The notes under the pieces were generated by a model that was given only the letters and a program-made list of their open reading frames with translations, was not told the origin of the DNA and made no database searches. A program made the translations under genes and the position numbers. A stretch of 60,947 nucleotides of DNA, filler included, from Nemertoderma westbladi (lineage: Eukaryota > Animalia > Xenacoelomorpha): the NCBI GenBank assembly GCA_032718475.1. It is 3 parts of 3 records of this genome, joined end to end, with 100 filler letters (N's around TTAATTAATTAA, not from the genome) between each part and the next. Parts side by side here need not be neighbours in the genome. Positions count along the whole stretch, not along the records: positions 1 to 27,076 come from JAUCBJ010001729.1; 2 more parts are not named here. One strand, given 5' to 3'. Of the stretch, positions 13,207 through 25,250 are shown one piece after another. Within the stretch, counting starts at the first letter, position 1. Each line of letters starts with the position of its first letter.

Positions 13207-16140
13207 TTAATGAATATTCAGAATTATTTACACAAGTAAACATTGCAGATCCAATAAAACATAAAATTAAACACAATATTCTTACTAATGGTCCTCCTAG
13301 TGTCAGTAAACCACGCCGATTATTTGGAGAAAAGTTGGTAGTGGCTAAAAAGACTTTTGAAGATTGGGAGAGAAATGGTATATGTTATAGGGGAGAATCT
13401 CCTTACGCGTCACCTTTACATGTTGCTTTTCAAGCAAAAACAAAAACTACTCCTTACCGCTCATGTGGAGACTATAGAAAACTTAATAATCAAACAATTC
13501 CAGATCATTACCCAATGCCGAATTTGAGTGATTTGTCAAATAGTTTCCATAACTGCAAAGTATTTTCCAAAATCGACCTGGCTTCTGCATATACCCAAAT
13601 ACCTGTAGATGTAGAGGATCAGAAGAAAACTGGGATTACAACCCCATTCGGGTTGTTTATTTTCAAACGAATGACATATCGTATGAAGAATGCATCATCC
13701 ACATTTCAGCGACTCATGGGCACTGCTCTCAGTGGACTTTCATTTGTATGGTGTTATTTAGATGATGTTACTGTGGCGAGCGCCGATGCAGAAGAACATT
13801 TTAAACATTTAATGATTGTATTTAAACGATTAGCGCAATTTGGTTTAAAATTAAGAGAAAGCAAATGCAAATTTTTTTGTTCGAGTGTAACATTTGTTGG
13901 TGCTCATATCTCGAGTAAGGGAATAAAACCGATCGAAGAGAAAGTAAAAGCAATTGTTCAGTTTGAAAAACCTAGCACAATTAAATCTTTGAAACGTTTC
14001 TTGGGTATGTCGGGATTCTACCACCGTTTTGTCAATGGATTCTCAAGTATTGCGGCCCCATTAACCGATATGACTCGTGGTCGTGAACAGAAAACTAAAA
14101 TTTTGGTGTGGAATGAAAAATCAGAGAAAGCTTTCAATGATTTAAAAGAAGCATTGAAAAACTCAGTCACACTAGCTTTCTCAGATCCCAAGGCAACACT
14201 CGAACTAACCACAGATGCTTCTGGTATAGCCGTTGGCGCTGTATTACATAAGATAGTAAATGATATTAAACAACCTTTGGCTTTCTTTTCTGCTAAATTA
14301 ACCCCGTTAGAAGCAAAAAAGTCAGCATTTGACAGAGAATTATTAGCAATATACCTGGCCCTGAAACATTATAATTGGTTAATTGGTACGAATTTTAAAA
14401 TTAAAACGGACCACAAACCCTTAGTTAATGCACTGCAGATGAGAAATCCATCTCCTCAGCAGACGCGATGGCTATCCTATATCTCCGAATTTAACTGTGT
14501 CATACAACATGTATCAGGAGTATCTAATGTAGTAGCCGATACATTATCACGGGAATGTTTAAATGTTAAAGTCGAATTTGATGAGTCATTAGCCAAAGCT
14601 CAAAATAACGATGAAACTTTAGTCAATTTTTTCAAGGGAACTAGTTTACCGTTGAAGAAACTAATGATTGGAAACTCTAATTTGATTTGTGATGCAAGTA
14701 AAGAATATTTGAGACCCTATGTTCCTACAGAAATGCGTTATCCATTATTTCAAGAGTTACATGGATTGGCTCATATGGGAGTTCGACCGACAAACGAAAC
14801 TGGTGTTAGATAAATATATTTGGCTGGGAGTAAAGAAAGATGTTAGAAAATGGTGTCATGAATGCCTACAGTGCCAACAGTGTAAAGTTACCAGACATAC
14901 TCGTTCTCCTATTGGCTCAATCCCCACAACTAATCGATTCCAAACTGTTCATATCGATCTAGTTGGTCCCTTACCACCTTCTAAATGATATAATCATGTA
15001 GTTACAATGATCGACAGATTTACTCGATGGGTAGAAGTAATTCCTGTTCGAAACACAGACGCCGTAACTGTTGCAAAGGCTATGATAACAAATTGGATTT
15101 CTAGATTTGGAGTCCCCAGAGAACTAATATCCGACAGAGGTACACAATTTGAATCAGCATTTTGGGGAGAATTAATGAGATTGTTGGGAATAGATCGAAA
15201 GAGAACTACTACTTACCATCCACAATCTAACGGGGCGATTGAACGCTTTCATAGGACATTAAAAAACTCCCTAAGAGCTCATGCAATAAATTCAACTTGG
15301 GCTGATACATTACCACTAACATTATTGGGATTAAGAAATAGTATTTCACCGGAGGGTTATTCACCTACCCAGATGGTATATGGTGGAACGGTAGACCTAC
15401 CGCATCAGTATTTTGTTCATACGGACTATAATCTAGATATTAAAAATCTTCCTGAGTATAAGAATGATCTATTCAAGACTATTAACTCATTTGTAGCTCC
15501 AGAACGAAGAAATGAAGCGCCCACATATGTTCCAAAATCGATGGATTTTGTTAAATGGTGTCGAAATGAGCGTTTGAATTCGTCATTGAGTGATCGATAT
15601 TCTGGACCTTATGAGATATTACGGAAAGACAAAAAAACTGTAACCATTAACATAAAAGGAAAATAATCAAAGGTTTCCATTGATCGGACTAAACCTGCTT
15701 TCATCTCAAATGAACACCATCCTGAAAATTTTGAAAGATATGAAACCGATTTGATCCCAATAAGAACTAAACAAAGAAATGAAGACCTTTCAAACAAGAC
15801 ACTAACTGAACTTGATAATAAAATACAAGATGTAAGAAGTAAATTAAAGCCAGGATGCATTGTAATGGTTATGCAACCTGGTTCGTCAACATGGCCTGGG
15901 ATTATAGAAACGAATATAGATCTTGATTTTGACACTGTTTTAATACGTTTTTATGGAAATGATAGAAAAGTCATGATTCGTCTAGGACATATTGAATTAT
16001 TTAATCCAAATAAACTTTACAGGGAAAGAACAAACGCTCGAGCATTTGGTAAGGCTATCGAGTTAGCTACGATACAATATTATAAGACAAACTCTTTAAA
16101 TCGAAAAAAACCTGTGAGATTTAATTTAATTCCAAAATAG
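13207..16140 (+). pseudogene. Gypsy A pol 3' part: RT, RNase H, integrase, PWWP-like domain
   Basis: ORFs 13335-14813, 14719-14988, 15007-15666 and 15751-16140 join through one frameshift (about 14790) and two in-frame stops (14986, 15664). Confidence 0.92.
15841..16077 (+). other. PWWP-like domain at the integrase C-terminus
   Basis: LKPGCIVMVMQPGSSTWPGII...VLIRFYGND...I.LFNP...AFGKAIELA follows the PWWP pattern GDLVWAK.KG.PWWP..V...V.FFG...L.PF...F..A..EA. Confidence 0.75.
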
Positions 16141-16186
16141 AAAACTTATCGAGTAAATGAAGTTCCACTTCTCATAAGGGGGGTTA

Positions 16187-16285
16187 TGTTAGGACCTAAG
16201 AGACTCAACAATATTCCTTACCGGTACCAGAACTAAAAAGTCTGAAACCTAGATTATTATTATTATTAAGCACTGTCTGACTGTG
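16187..16285 (+). repeat. 3' LTR of Gypsy A, truncated and fused to the satellite
   Basis: Preceded by the PPT. Runs into the satellite through shared GACTGTG. Confidence 0.85.
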
Positions 16286-17515
16286 GGTGTTCCGACTCTA
16301 TGGATCGTGGACTGTGGGTGTTCCGACTCTATGGATCGTGGACTGTGGGTGTTCCGACTATATGTATTGTGGCCTGTTGGCGTTCCGACCCTATGGATCG
16401 TGGGCTGTGGGTGTTCCGACTCTATGGGTCGTGGACTGTGGGTGTTCCGACCCTATGGATCGTGGGCTGTGGGTGTTCCGACTCTATGGATCGTAGACTG
16501 TGGGTGTTCCGACTCTATGGATCGTGGACTGTGGGTGTTCCGACTCTATGGATCGTGGACTGTGGGTGTTCCGACTCTATGGATCGTGGACTGTGAGTGT
16601 TCCGACTCTATGGATCGTGGACTGTGGGTGTTCCGACTCTATGGATCGTGGGCTGTGGGTGTTCCGACTCTATGGATCGTGGACTGTGGGTGTTCCGACT
16701 CTATGGATCGTGGGCTGTGGGTGTTCCGACTCTATGGATCGTGGACTGTGGGTGTTCCGACTCTATGGATCGTGGACTGTGGGTGTTCCGACTCTATGGA
16801 TCGTGGGCTGTGGGTGTTCCAACTCTATGGATCGTGGGCTGTGGGTGTTCCGACTCTATGTATCGTGCACTGTGGGTGTTCCGACTCTATGGATCGTGGA
16901 CTGTGGGTGTTCCGACTCTATGGATCGTGCACTGTGGGTGTTCCAACTCTATGGATCGTGGGCTGTTGGTGTTCCGACTCTATGGATCGTGGACTGTGGG
17001 TGTTCCAACTCAATGGATCGTGGGCTGTGTGTGTTCCGACTCTATGGATCGTGGACTGTGGGTGTTCCGACTCTATGGATCGTGGACTGTGGGTGTTCCG
17101 ACCCTATGGATCGTGGACTTTGGGTGTTCCGACTCTATGGATCATGGACTGTGGGTGTTCCGACTCTATGGATCGTGGACTGTGGGTGTTCCGACTCTAT
17201 GGACCGTGGACTGTGGGTGTTCCGACTCTATGGATCGTGCACTGTGGGTGTTCCGACTCTATGGATTGTGGGCTGTGGGTGTTCCGACTCTATATGGATT
17301 GTGGGCTGTGGGTGTTCCGACTCTATGGATTGTGGATTGTGGGTGTTCCGACTCTATTGATCGTGGACTGTGGGTGTTCCGACTCTATGGATCGTGGACT
17401 GTGTGTGTTCCGACTCTATGGATTGTGGACTGTGGGTGTTCCTACTCTATGGATCGTGGACTGTGGGTGGGTGTTCCGACTCTATGGATCGTGGACTGTG
17501 TATGTTCCGACTCCG
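16281..17515. repeat. 31-bp minisatellite array 2, about 40 units
   Basis: Same unit as 4034-4872. Confidence 0.97.
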
Positions 17516-18520
17516 TCAGTTAACTCCTGACCGGCTGCCTGTCTCACCCCCTACTGGAGAGAGAGCAGCCAACAATTCTTTGAGTCCCTTTCATGATGAC
17601 CTTTCTGGCCCAAACCCTGGGTCACCAGGGAGGCCAGATTGTGATGGGGAGAGGGATTCTGGAGTTGGATGCTACTCTCATGTTCCACCCCGACCAATAA
17701 AGCCATTGGTGAATCTGAGGCAAGTCACTAGACTAGCCTCAGTAAACACCCTAACACTCGGGTCCCCAATGCGACAAGGTGAGCTGACTGCCTTGGCAGA
17801 TAAGCTTTCTCTTAGCGCAGTGGGTGTTCAAGAGCACCGAATGCAGACTGGACAGACTGATGAGGTTCTGATTAAGGACATGGGGGGCGGTTGGCGACTC
17901 GCCCTCGCGTCAGCAGATGATAGTGGCAATGGTGGAATTGGTCTATTGATGAATCCAACTGCACATGCAGCATTGGACAAAATAGACCAAATCTCTAACC
18001 GCATCATCCGTTGCCACTTCTCATGTTCTGAAAGACTGGCTAAGAAGTTTCGTAAGGTGGTTCTGATTGTGTGCTACTCTCCAACTAGTGTTGCCCCTGT
18101 AGAGGAGGTGGAAAATTTCTACCACAATCTACAAGCAGCTACTGATGGAGTGGATCAGCATGCATTCTTAACATTCCTGGGAGACTTTAATGCAATTCTG
18201 CATTAATCACCTACATCGCCCTGGGTCTATAGCAATAGTGTTAACCGAAATTCTGTCCATCTTCAGGATTTTATCTCTGGAAATGGATTGTTTTCGGCTG
18301 GAACCCAGTTCAAGAAGCGAACTGGAAAGCTATGGACTCATAGTGGACCCAGTGGTCACAAGTCCCAGATAGACCATATTCTGTTTCGTAGGAAATACAG
18401 GAGCTCTATACAAGACTGTAATGCATTTACACTTCGACCCTTCTCCAGTGATCACCGCCTTATTGTGGCCAAGGTAAGACTTAGTCTGCGTGCTAGCAGA
18501 ACAACGAAATCTGCCTTGCC
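17516..18520 (+). mobile_element. RTE-clade LINE 5' region (APE endonuclease), 3'-truncated, embedded in the satellite
   Basis: Motifs SVNTLTL, VGVQEHR, GNGGIGLL, CYSPT, GDFNA, SQIDHIL, SDHRL. One stop at 18204. Confidence 0.9.
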
Positions 18521-18524
18521 TTGC

Positions 18525-19031
18525 ATGGATCATGGACTGTGGGTGTTCCGACTCTATGGATCGTGGACTGTGGGTGTTCCGACTCTTTGGATCGTGGGTT
18601 GTGTGTGTTTCGACTCTATGGATCGTGGACTGTGGGTGTTCCGACTCTATGGATCGTGGACTGTGGGTGTTCCGACTCTATGGATCGTGGACTGTGGGTG
18701 TTCCGACTCTATTTCATCGTGGACTGTGGGTGTTCCGACTCTATGGATCGTGGACTGTGTGTGTTCCGACTCTATGGATCGTGGACTGTGGGTGTTCCGA
18801 CTCTATTTAATCGTGGACTGTGGGTGTTCCGACTCTATGGATCGTGGACTGTGGGTGTTCCGACTCTATGGATCGTGGACTGTGGGTGTTCCGACTCTAT
18901 GGATCGTGCACTGTGGGTGTTCCGACTCTATGGATCGTGGACTGTGGGTGTTCCGAGTCTATGTATCGTGGACTGTGGGTGCTCTGACTCTATGGATCGT
19001 GGGCTGTGGGTGTTCCGACTTTATGGATCGT
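18525..19031. repeat. 31-bp minisatellite array 3, about 16 units
   Basis: Same unit. Confidence 0.96.
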
Positions 19032-20159
19032 TTGTCATGTGGATACTTTCGCACTTTGCAAGTTTTGAACAGATACTCTCGATCAGTCCAGAGCGGGTGA
19101 GTGGAGTAGAACAGTAAATCACGGGGTGGTGTCCCATTACATTGCTTGTGTGTGAATCAGGCTAGAAGGTAACAGCTGCTACGTAGAGGATGCAAAGTAG
19201 CACAATGTTAATAAAGAGAGCTTTTATAATAGTAAGAAATTGGTTTATTTTATGAAATATATAAACTTACTGATAGACCAACACTTACATTCCTCCTATT
19301 TATTTAGGCGCAATAGATAACAGCTGTGGTTTCGGTAAAGTACAAAACAAAACAATTTATTTCAATAAACTTTGCAATACCTACTTTCTGTGCGCCCGAG
19401 ACATGGAGTAAACTCAGCCTAAGCAACTAAATGTATTGTGCATATTGGTCTGATGTTCTGCAGTTCGATAATTCCAAATATATGAAAGCAATTATGTAAA
19501 ATCCAAGATAATGTACTCAAACTCGGACTACATGTATTCTGTAAACGTAGGGTCGTTTATACGTAGTTCTTTACGTAAGGTACTTTACAGTCTGATGATG
19601 CTAGAGACCTGCTTTCTTTTAAGGATGTTGTTCTTGTTTGGGTTCTTTTTCTTGTTTTATAGTAATAATAAACGGGCCAATAGGATGTCATTACTATTAA
19701 AAGTTGGGCAAATAAATATTTTCACTCGATGGCAAAATTTACAAAAAAACAGCAATATCATCTTGATAAATATACTGGAAATCTTAATATGATATATTAA
19801 TTATTATATTAATAAAATTAATATCATTATTTTATATTGATATCATCATAAATAAATTTTTGGAATAATAAAATGAAGGAAATTTATAAAATTTACTGTT
19901 TTTTTTTCAAAATTTAGAAAAATATAATAAACTGGAATTTACTCAATATTTTTAATCATCTACAACATTTTCCCAAAACAAAGCACTTTCTATTTTCTGA
20001 AAAAGTTTTTAACTTACGCCCTAATTAAATCATAGGCCAAACATAGAATATCACGCATCATCAATTATGGACCAAAGTAAAAATGGTAAGATATTTCCAA
20101 TGAAACGACTATTTTAAAATTGTTTCTACACCCATTAACCATCATGTAAATACTTATTA

Positions 20160-23100
20160 TTAATTACTACAACTCAATCCGTCTAACTGCCAAGGATCGC
20201 GGGAACCTTTTGAACACAACGTCTCCCAACCGGTATTCCCACCCTCAACATCCTGTTTGACATCACCGACGCATTTGGACATGCAGTGCACACACTGCCC
20301 GCTAGAGGCGTCCCACCAGCAGTCAGGGTCCCGCAAGAAGACGCACTTAGCACAGCTGTCCGCGCGGTCACAATTCCATCGTGGTAACTTAGCAACAGAA
20401 TCCTCACTCAACATATATACGCTGTCCTGGGTAAGGGTAACCCTAGTAACTGATTCGTTCTGCATTGCCTGTATTGATTGAACAATTACATTTACATATT
20501 AATTAATTATTAATAATTAAATTACTGTTATTATTTTTACTGAATATTAAATTGAAACCAATTTGAATCATCTATAAAAATGTTTCATTCTGGACAAACA
20601 TATTTGGACTATACTACTACTACTAGGTCGAGCGAACTCGGACAGTGGAAATGAGATCCTTCCAGACTTCTCGTTTCTCCCAAGTTCAGTATCCCTTTCA
20701 AGTTGATCTATATATGTTATGGCCGGTCGTACACGACTACGCTTTCCATGAGTTGGTTGCCAGAGAAGTAGATCTGGTATGACCTCGTCTTTACTTCGCC
20801 AGCAGTGCCCGCTGAATCTTAATCTGCGTTCACGGAGGGTGGTTGATACAGGTGGTATTGTACCATAAAGCTCGGCGTTTGTCATGTGTTGTATCCAGCT
20901 GATGTTTAGGGCTGCCCTTAGTTAGTAGTCTTGTGTAGCTACCATCGATTCGTTGTTCAGGTGATTTAGTAAGTGTCCTGGTCTCACCCCCATATAAAAA
21001 TACACTTTCCACTGTGGCTCGAAAGAACTTAGTCTTCAGGTGCCTGGAGAGATCTGATTTCCAGAAGGTATCCATTTTTGATAGAGCTACCCAAGCCTTT
21101 GCTTTCCTAAATTCTATGTCCTCCATTTTGAGTTAATAGCGCAAAATGAAGCACATACTTCTAAGCTATCATCTGATATATCAATGACTCTCATTAGTGG
21201 TTGTTTGACATTTTTATTTGAAATTTACCTAACTCGATCATTGCGAAATTTGGTGTTATTACACAAAGTCAAAAGCAACTAAGTCAAATTTTAAAGTCAA
21301 AAGAACCTAATACAGACAATTTTAAATATGAGTTATGTCATTTGTATCCGTTTTCTTTTTCAGGTGGGTACTGCCAGACTGCATAAGGCAAAAACACTTA
21401 ACTGAGTTTAAGTGGCCACTCGTCTTGCTCTATCAGTCTATAGACATATGGATATGTACGAAAAGTATAAGAAAAAACATATCAGAGTATGCTCTATCTA
21501 ATGATGACACAGCCATAGTAGCTACAGCATGCTAAAAGAGCAAACAAAATACCTTTGGGGCTTGATATCTCAGAATGAAGTTTTTGGAGTTACATGCCTT
21601 TCACTTTTGGGGTCATTTTACTGTTCGATTGTTCAATGGAAAAATAATTCTGGAAAAATGTAGCGCACCAGAAGTTTGTAATTGCTATGATATCCCTATC
21701 TGTTTCCTGGGTTACATACCTGAACCTCTTCGACCAAATGGAACCCTCCTGATTGGTTGTAGATGATCTTTAATAACCAACCGTGGCTTGTTCCGGCATA
21801 GACCACAGTCCACTTGGGTTGAGTGACGTCAGGGGTTACGATGGCAATGCAGGTGACGCGGTAATGTTTCTGTGTTAAAAGAAACATCGGGGGGCCGAGT
21901 TGAGGGACAGGTTTGGATAAAAGGGGGTGCGCGCGGGCGAATCTGTGAGAAAATTAGAAAATTATATATTTAAATATTTTATTTGAGTCTTCCATTGAAC
22001 ACATTAACAACTGCAGAGATAATATACCAATTATATATTATCTGACAATACACACGGCAATATATAAATGAAACAAAAACAAGTCTATCCCAAATACATA
22101 AAGCTCTAACTACCTTACTCTTTCAACTTCTCTAAATCCCTAATCTCTAACGGCCTTATGTAATGTAACTGAACTAACTCGATTGTTAAGCTGGGCGGAC
22201 TCCGGGAGCACAGCCCCGGACGGGGTTCGGGTACCTTCGGGAATGGGTTCAATTTGAGAGATTCGTCGAAGAAATCTCCTGTGTCGAATAGGTTGTCGAT
22301 GTCTGACAGTTTATAAACACAGACACTAGAAGCGGGGAGTCCTAGTAGTATATAATAATAATATATGAATATTATTCATATTAATAAATTGATAGCAAAT
22401 CATTTAATAGGATAGAATGTAAGAATCGACGTTCTCCTAATAATTATGATATTATCGTCAGCAAAAATAGTTTAATATCAAAGAATAATTAAAATAAACT
22501 CATTCTACTAAATCTCTAAATTGACTAAATCTCATTCTACTTATTCTACTAATAATACTAATTCATAATGAAAATATGCTCATGTTGTGCTAATTGCCAG
22601 GATGGTCCTTCTGTGACATTGAATACCACGGACAACAACAATAATATGTACCGGTATGTACTTACTGTATGTAAAGTGTATTTTCAATCTAAAACAATAT
22701 ATATTTGATAGTTTTTGTTGTCTATCGGGGTTATTGTAAAACATCGCCATATGTAATAACGATTTCATAATGAATAACAAGTAATAAATAACCAAGGTTA
22801 TTTAACACACCAGAATTCGGAGTTGCAAAAGATACATACAGTAACTCATCATCATCGATAGAATCCATAACCACGGCGGAAGTGACGTAATTGAAGACAA
22901 AGTGATCTCGGTAACTCGTGGGATCGAGTCGGCAGGTGAGGTCGGCCTTTAGGAATGATGTGAACCAATCCTTTTCATCGTCGGGAGATTTCGTATCGGA
23001 AGCACAGGAGCGGGCAATACGTGAGTAAATACGAAACTCTTTAGATTCGTAGGCGGCAGCGGGTTCACGGTAAACTATGTACTGGAATAGATATATAATA

Positions 23101-25250
23101 ATAATATATAAAATATAAAATATATATGGATTATGGATATTTGGTGTCTGAAAGTACTAGTATGCACATGGCTAGCCTCACTATCGGATTCTAAATCTCA
23201 AATATCGTTCTATCCGATTTTCGTTCTGTTTCTATAATTATGTAGAGAAACATTGAGTGCAAGAATTGTTATGAAGAATTAAAAATTTGGCTTAAAAAAA
23301 ATTATGGAATTTTTTTATTAATTTTTAAATAATTTTCAAAAACAAAAATTGAAAATTATGTCTACACAATCTTTGCGCGGATTATTTTATTAATACTAAT
23401 ATCTACTAATATTCTATCCTAATCTACCAATTCTGCATTAGAACTAAAATCGATTGAGTAGTTAAAAAGTACATAGAGAAAGTGTCTCAAAAAAGCCAAC
23501 ATGAGAAAGATGACATGTTATGGAAAAAGAGATTACCGATTCGCCATAAAATTTGACATCAGAAAACACAAAAAGCTATCAATAAAAATCGGATCCCATC
23601 ACCCCCCCCCCCCCCCCCCACCCCCCTTATGGTTAGACCAATTAGTGCAGCAGAAGTTCCAGTATGCCTACACCTCTATGGAAGTCTATGTTGGGCTCTT
23701 TATGTTGGGCATAAAGGAGGTGCCACCTGTGGCTGCATAGACCCCTTTACTAGGGCAAATCTGGTCCTGTAACTAGGACCCCCTTCGCTCTGGGATAAGG
23801 ACGCACTTGGTCCTGGATTATGGACGCATACACTTGGTGCAGGAGTATATGGCCTGACCAGGCAGATGGTGATCTACCAATGGCTGGTCAGGAGTAGAGT
23901 GTTCTCATGTCCACTCTGAGTGCACTTCACTGCGACCTGCACCTGGAGGCAGGGGTACAGGGCAAGTCCCAGCAGATGTGTGATATTTGCCCCGAGAGCT
24001 GACTCGGCAAAAAAGCACCCCCCAACCCCTAGTATGGATTACATTAGTAATGCGGAGGTCAGGCCACTAGAGGCCAGTGTAATTACCGGACACAATTGGA
24101 CTCACAGGCATAAGTTATCTCCTGACCGGCTGCCTGTCTAACCCTGTACTGGAGAGAGAGAGATGCCTGCAATTCTGTGAGTCCCTTTCATTATGACTTT
24201 TCTGGCCCAAACACTGGGTCACCAGGGAGGCCAGATTGTTAGGGGGAGTGGGATTCTGGAGTTGGAAGTTACTCTCATGTTCCACCCCGACCAACCAAAC
24301 CATTATTGGTGAATCTGAGACGAGAGTCTGAGTAGAAGACTCAGACTCTTGTCTGAGTCTGAGACACTGAGTCGAAACCAATTAATTGATCAACTGACTA
24401 TATACATTATTGTATATAGGACCCCTGCAATACTACATAAATTACATTATCTACTACATAAACCAACTTGGTATTGTCCAAACAGGAATTGTTTAACAAA
24501 GACACATCCTTCCTTATGGAATAGATTCATCTGCCTGAATGTGGGAACAAATGTATAGTTGGCACCATCTAGTAAATCAGGGGGCTCAGGGCTCCTCACT
24601 GTGAAAGTGGTTCGAAGTATCACTCGTGTCCGGTGGCTACCGCGACCATGAGTGGATGCGGTAAACAGCTGCCCCGCCGAGTTGTAAACGGCAGTGTTGG
24701 AAGTCCTAAATGGAAAGTTTGGTATGAAAACTCTTCCTCTCATCTGTGAGATTAAAGTGAAAGTTGCTGAAGTGGCGATCAAATCAAATAGTTTACATTC
24801 AGGAACTTCACCATAAATTCCACAAGCGAGTAATAAGCCATCTGGACGAAATAATAACAATCTGATGTAATTCTCGCAGATTATATGGGACGTACAATTA
24901 TACGTTGCCCATTCTAGACTTTTTCCAGTATCATTTATGTTGTTTTTATCCAACAAGAAGATGTGGTTTCTAGCTGAAATTAATAAGTGATTTCCATTGG
25001 ATGTAAATATGATATCATGGAGATTCGGGGATATTTTGGATTTATCGTTTTTGTACCATCGATCCGGTCTAGGGATCCAACTTTGAACCGAGTTAAATGG
25101 CGAATTTAAATGAAGGCGTGGGCTGTTAGGTTGCACATCCAGCGGAAGTATGGTCTCAAAAGAAGTCACAATATTGAGTAGGGAGATAAAAATACAGAAA
25201 CAATGTAGATTATTAAGGAAGTTCATATTGAATATTCGATTGACATACAT
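20160..25250 (-). CDS. Semaphorin (signal peptide + Sema + PSI), about 582 aa; exons 25250-24468, 23081-22811, 22341-22179, 21942-21720, 20468-20160
   Basis: GT-AG introns with consistent phases. Sema motifs: ARNHIF, CENYIR, ACG, YSRIARSC, WFTSFLKADLTC, SSVCVY, VPEPRPGLC, HPLL, GT.HG.LLK. PSI: C...SCAKC...RDPDCWW. The C-terminal end is uncertain. Confidence 0.9.
20611..21124 (-). mobile_element. RTE LINE 3' fragment in semaphorin intron 4
   Basis: Motifs FRATVESVFLYGGE, RRLRFSGHCWR, LLWQP. Ends in a (TAG)n tail. Confidence 0.85.
23640..24322 (+). mobile_element. RTE LINE 5' UTR/ORF-start fragment in semaphorin intron 1
   Basis: 24114-24322 is homologous to 17520-17722. The upstream GC-rich part is inferred to be 5' UTR. 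Confidence 0.65.

Larger units (their letters stand above)
4873..16285 (+). mobile_element. Ty3/Gypsy LTR retrotransposon A, inactivated and interrupted by element B; integrase followed by a PWWP-like domain
   Basis: Direct repeats starting TGTTAGG at 4873 and 16187, with PPT AAGGGGGG before the second. Order: gag, CWYHWRFG...C knuckle, protease FLADSGS, RT YLDD, RNase H TTDAS, integrase HHCC/DDE, GPY. Confidence 0.95.

Noticed and set aside
4034-19031. 31-bp repeats as a CRISPR array
   Set aside because: Units are contiguous with no unique spacers, there are no cas genes, and the context is eukaryotic.
4041-19117. Long Cys/Trp-rich ORFs (GVPTLWIVDCGCSDSMDRGLWVFRLYGSW...)
   Set aside because: Translation artefacts of a stop-free 31-bp unit; the same peptide appears in all three frames.
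19160-19790. Hydrophobic or basic minus-strand stretches as semaphorin TM/GPI exons
   Set aside because: I found no consistent splice path, there are in-frame stops, and AT-rich sequence mimics hydrophobic codons.
21553-21649. Extra semaphorin exon flanked by AG/GT on the minus strand
   Set aside because: It contains an in-frame TAA in the required phase, and exon 4 joins exon 5 cleanly without it.
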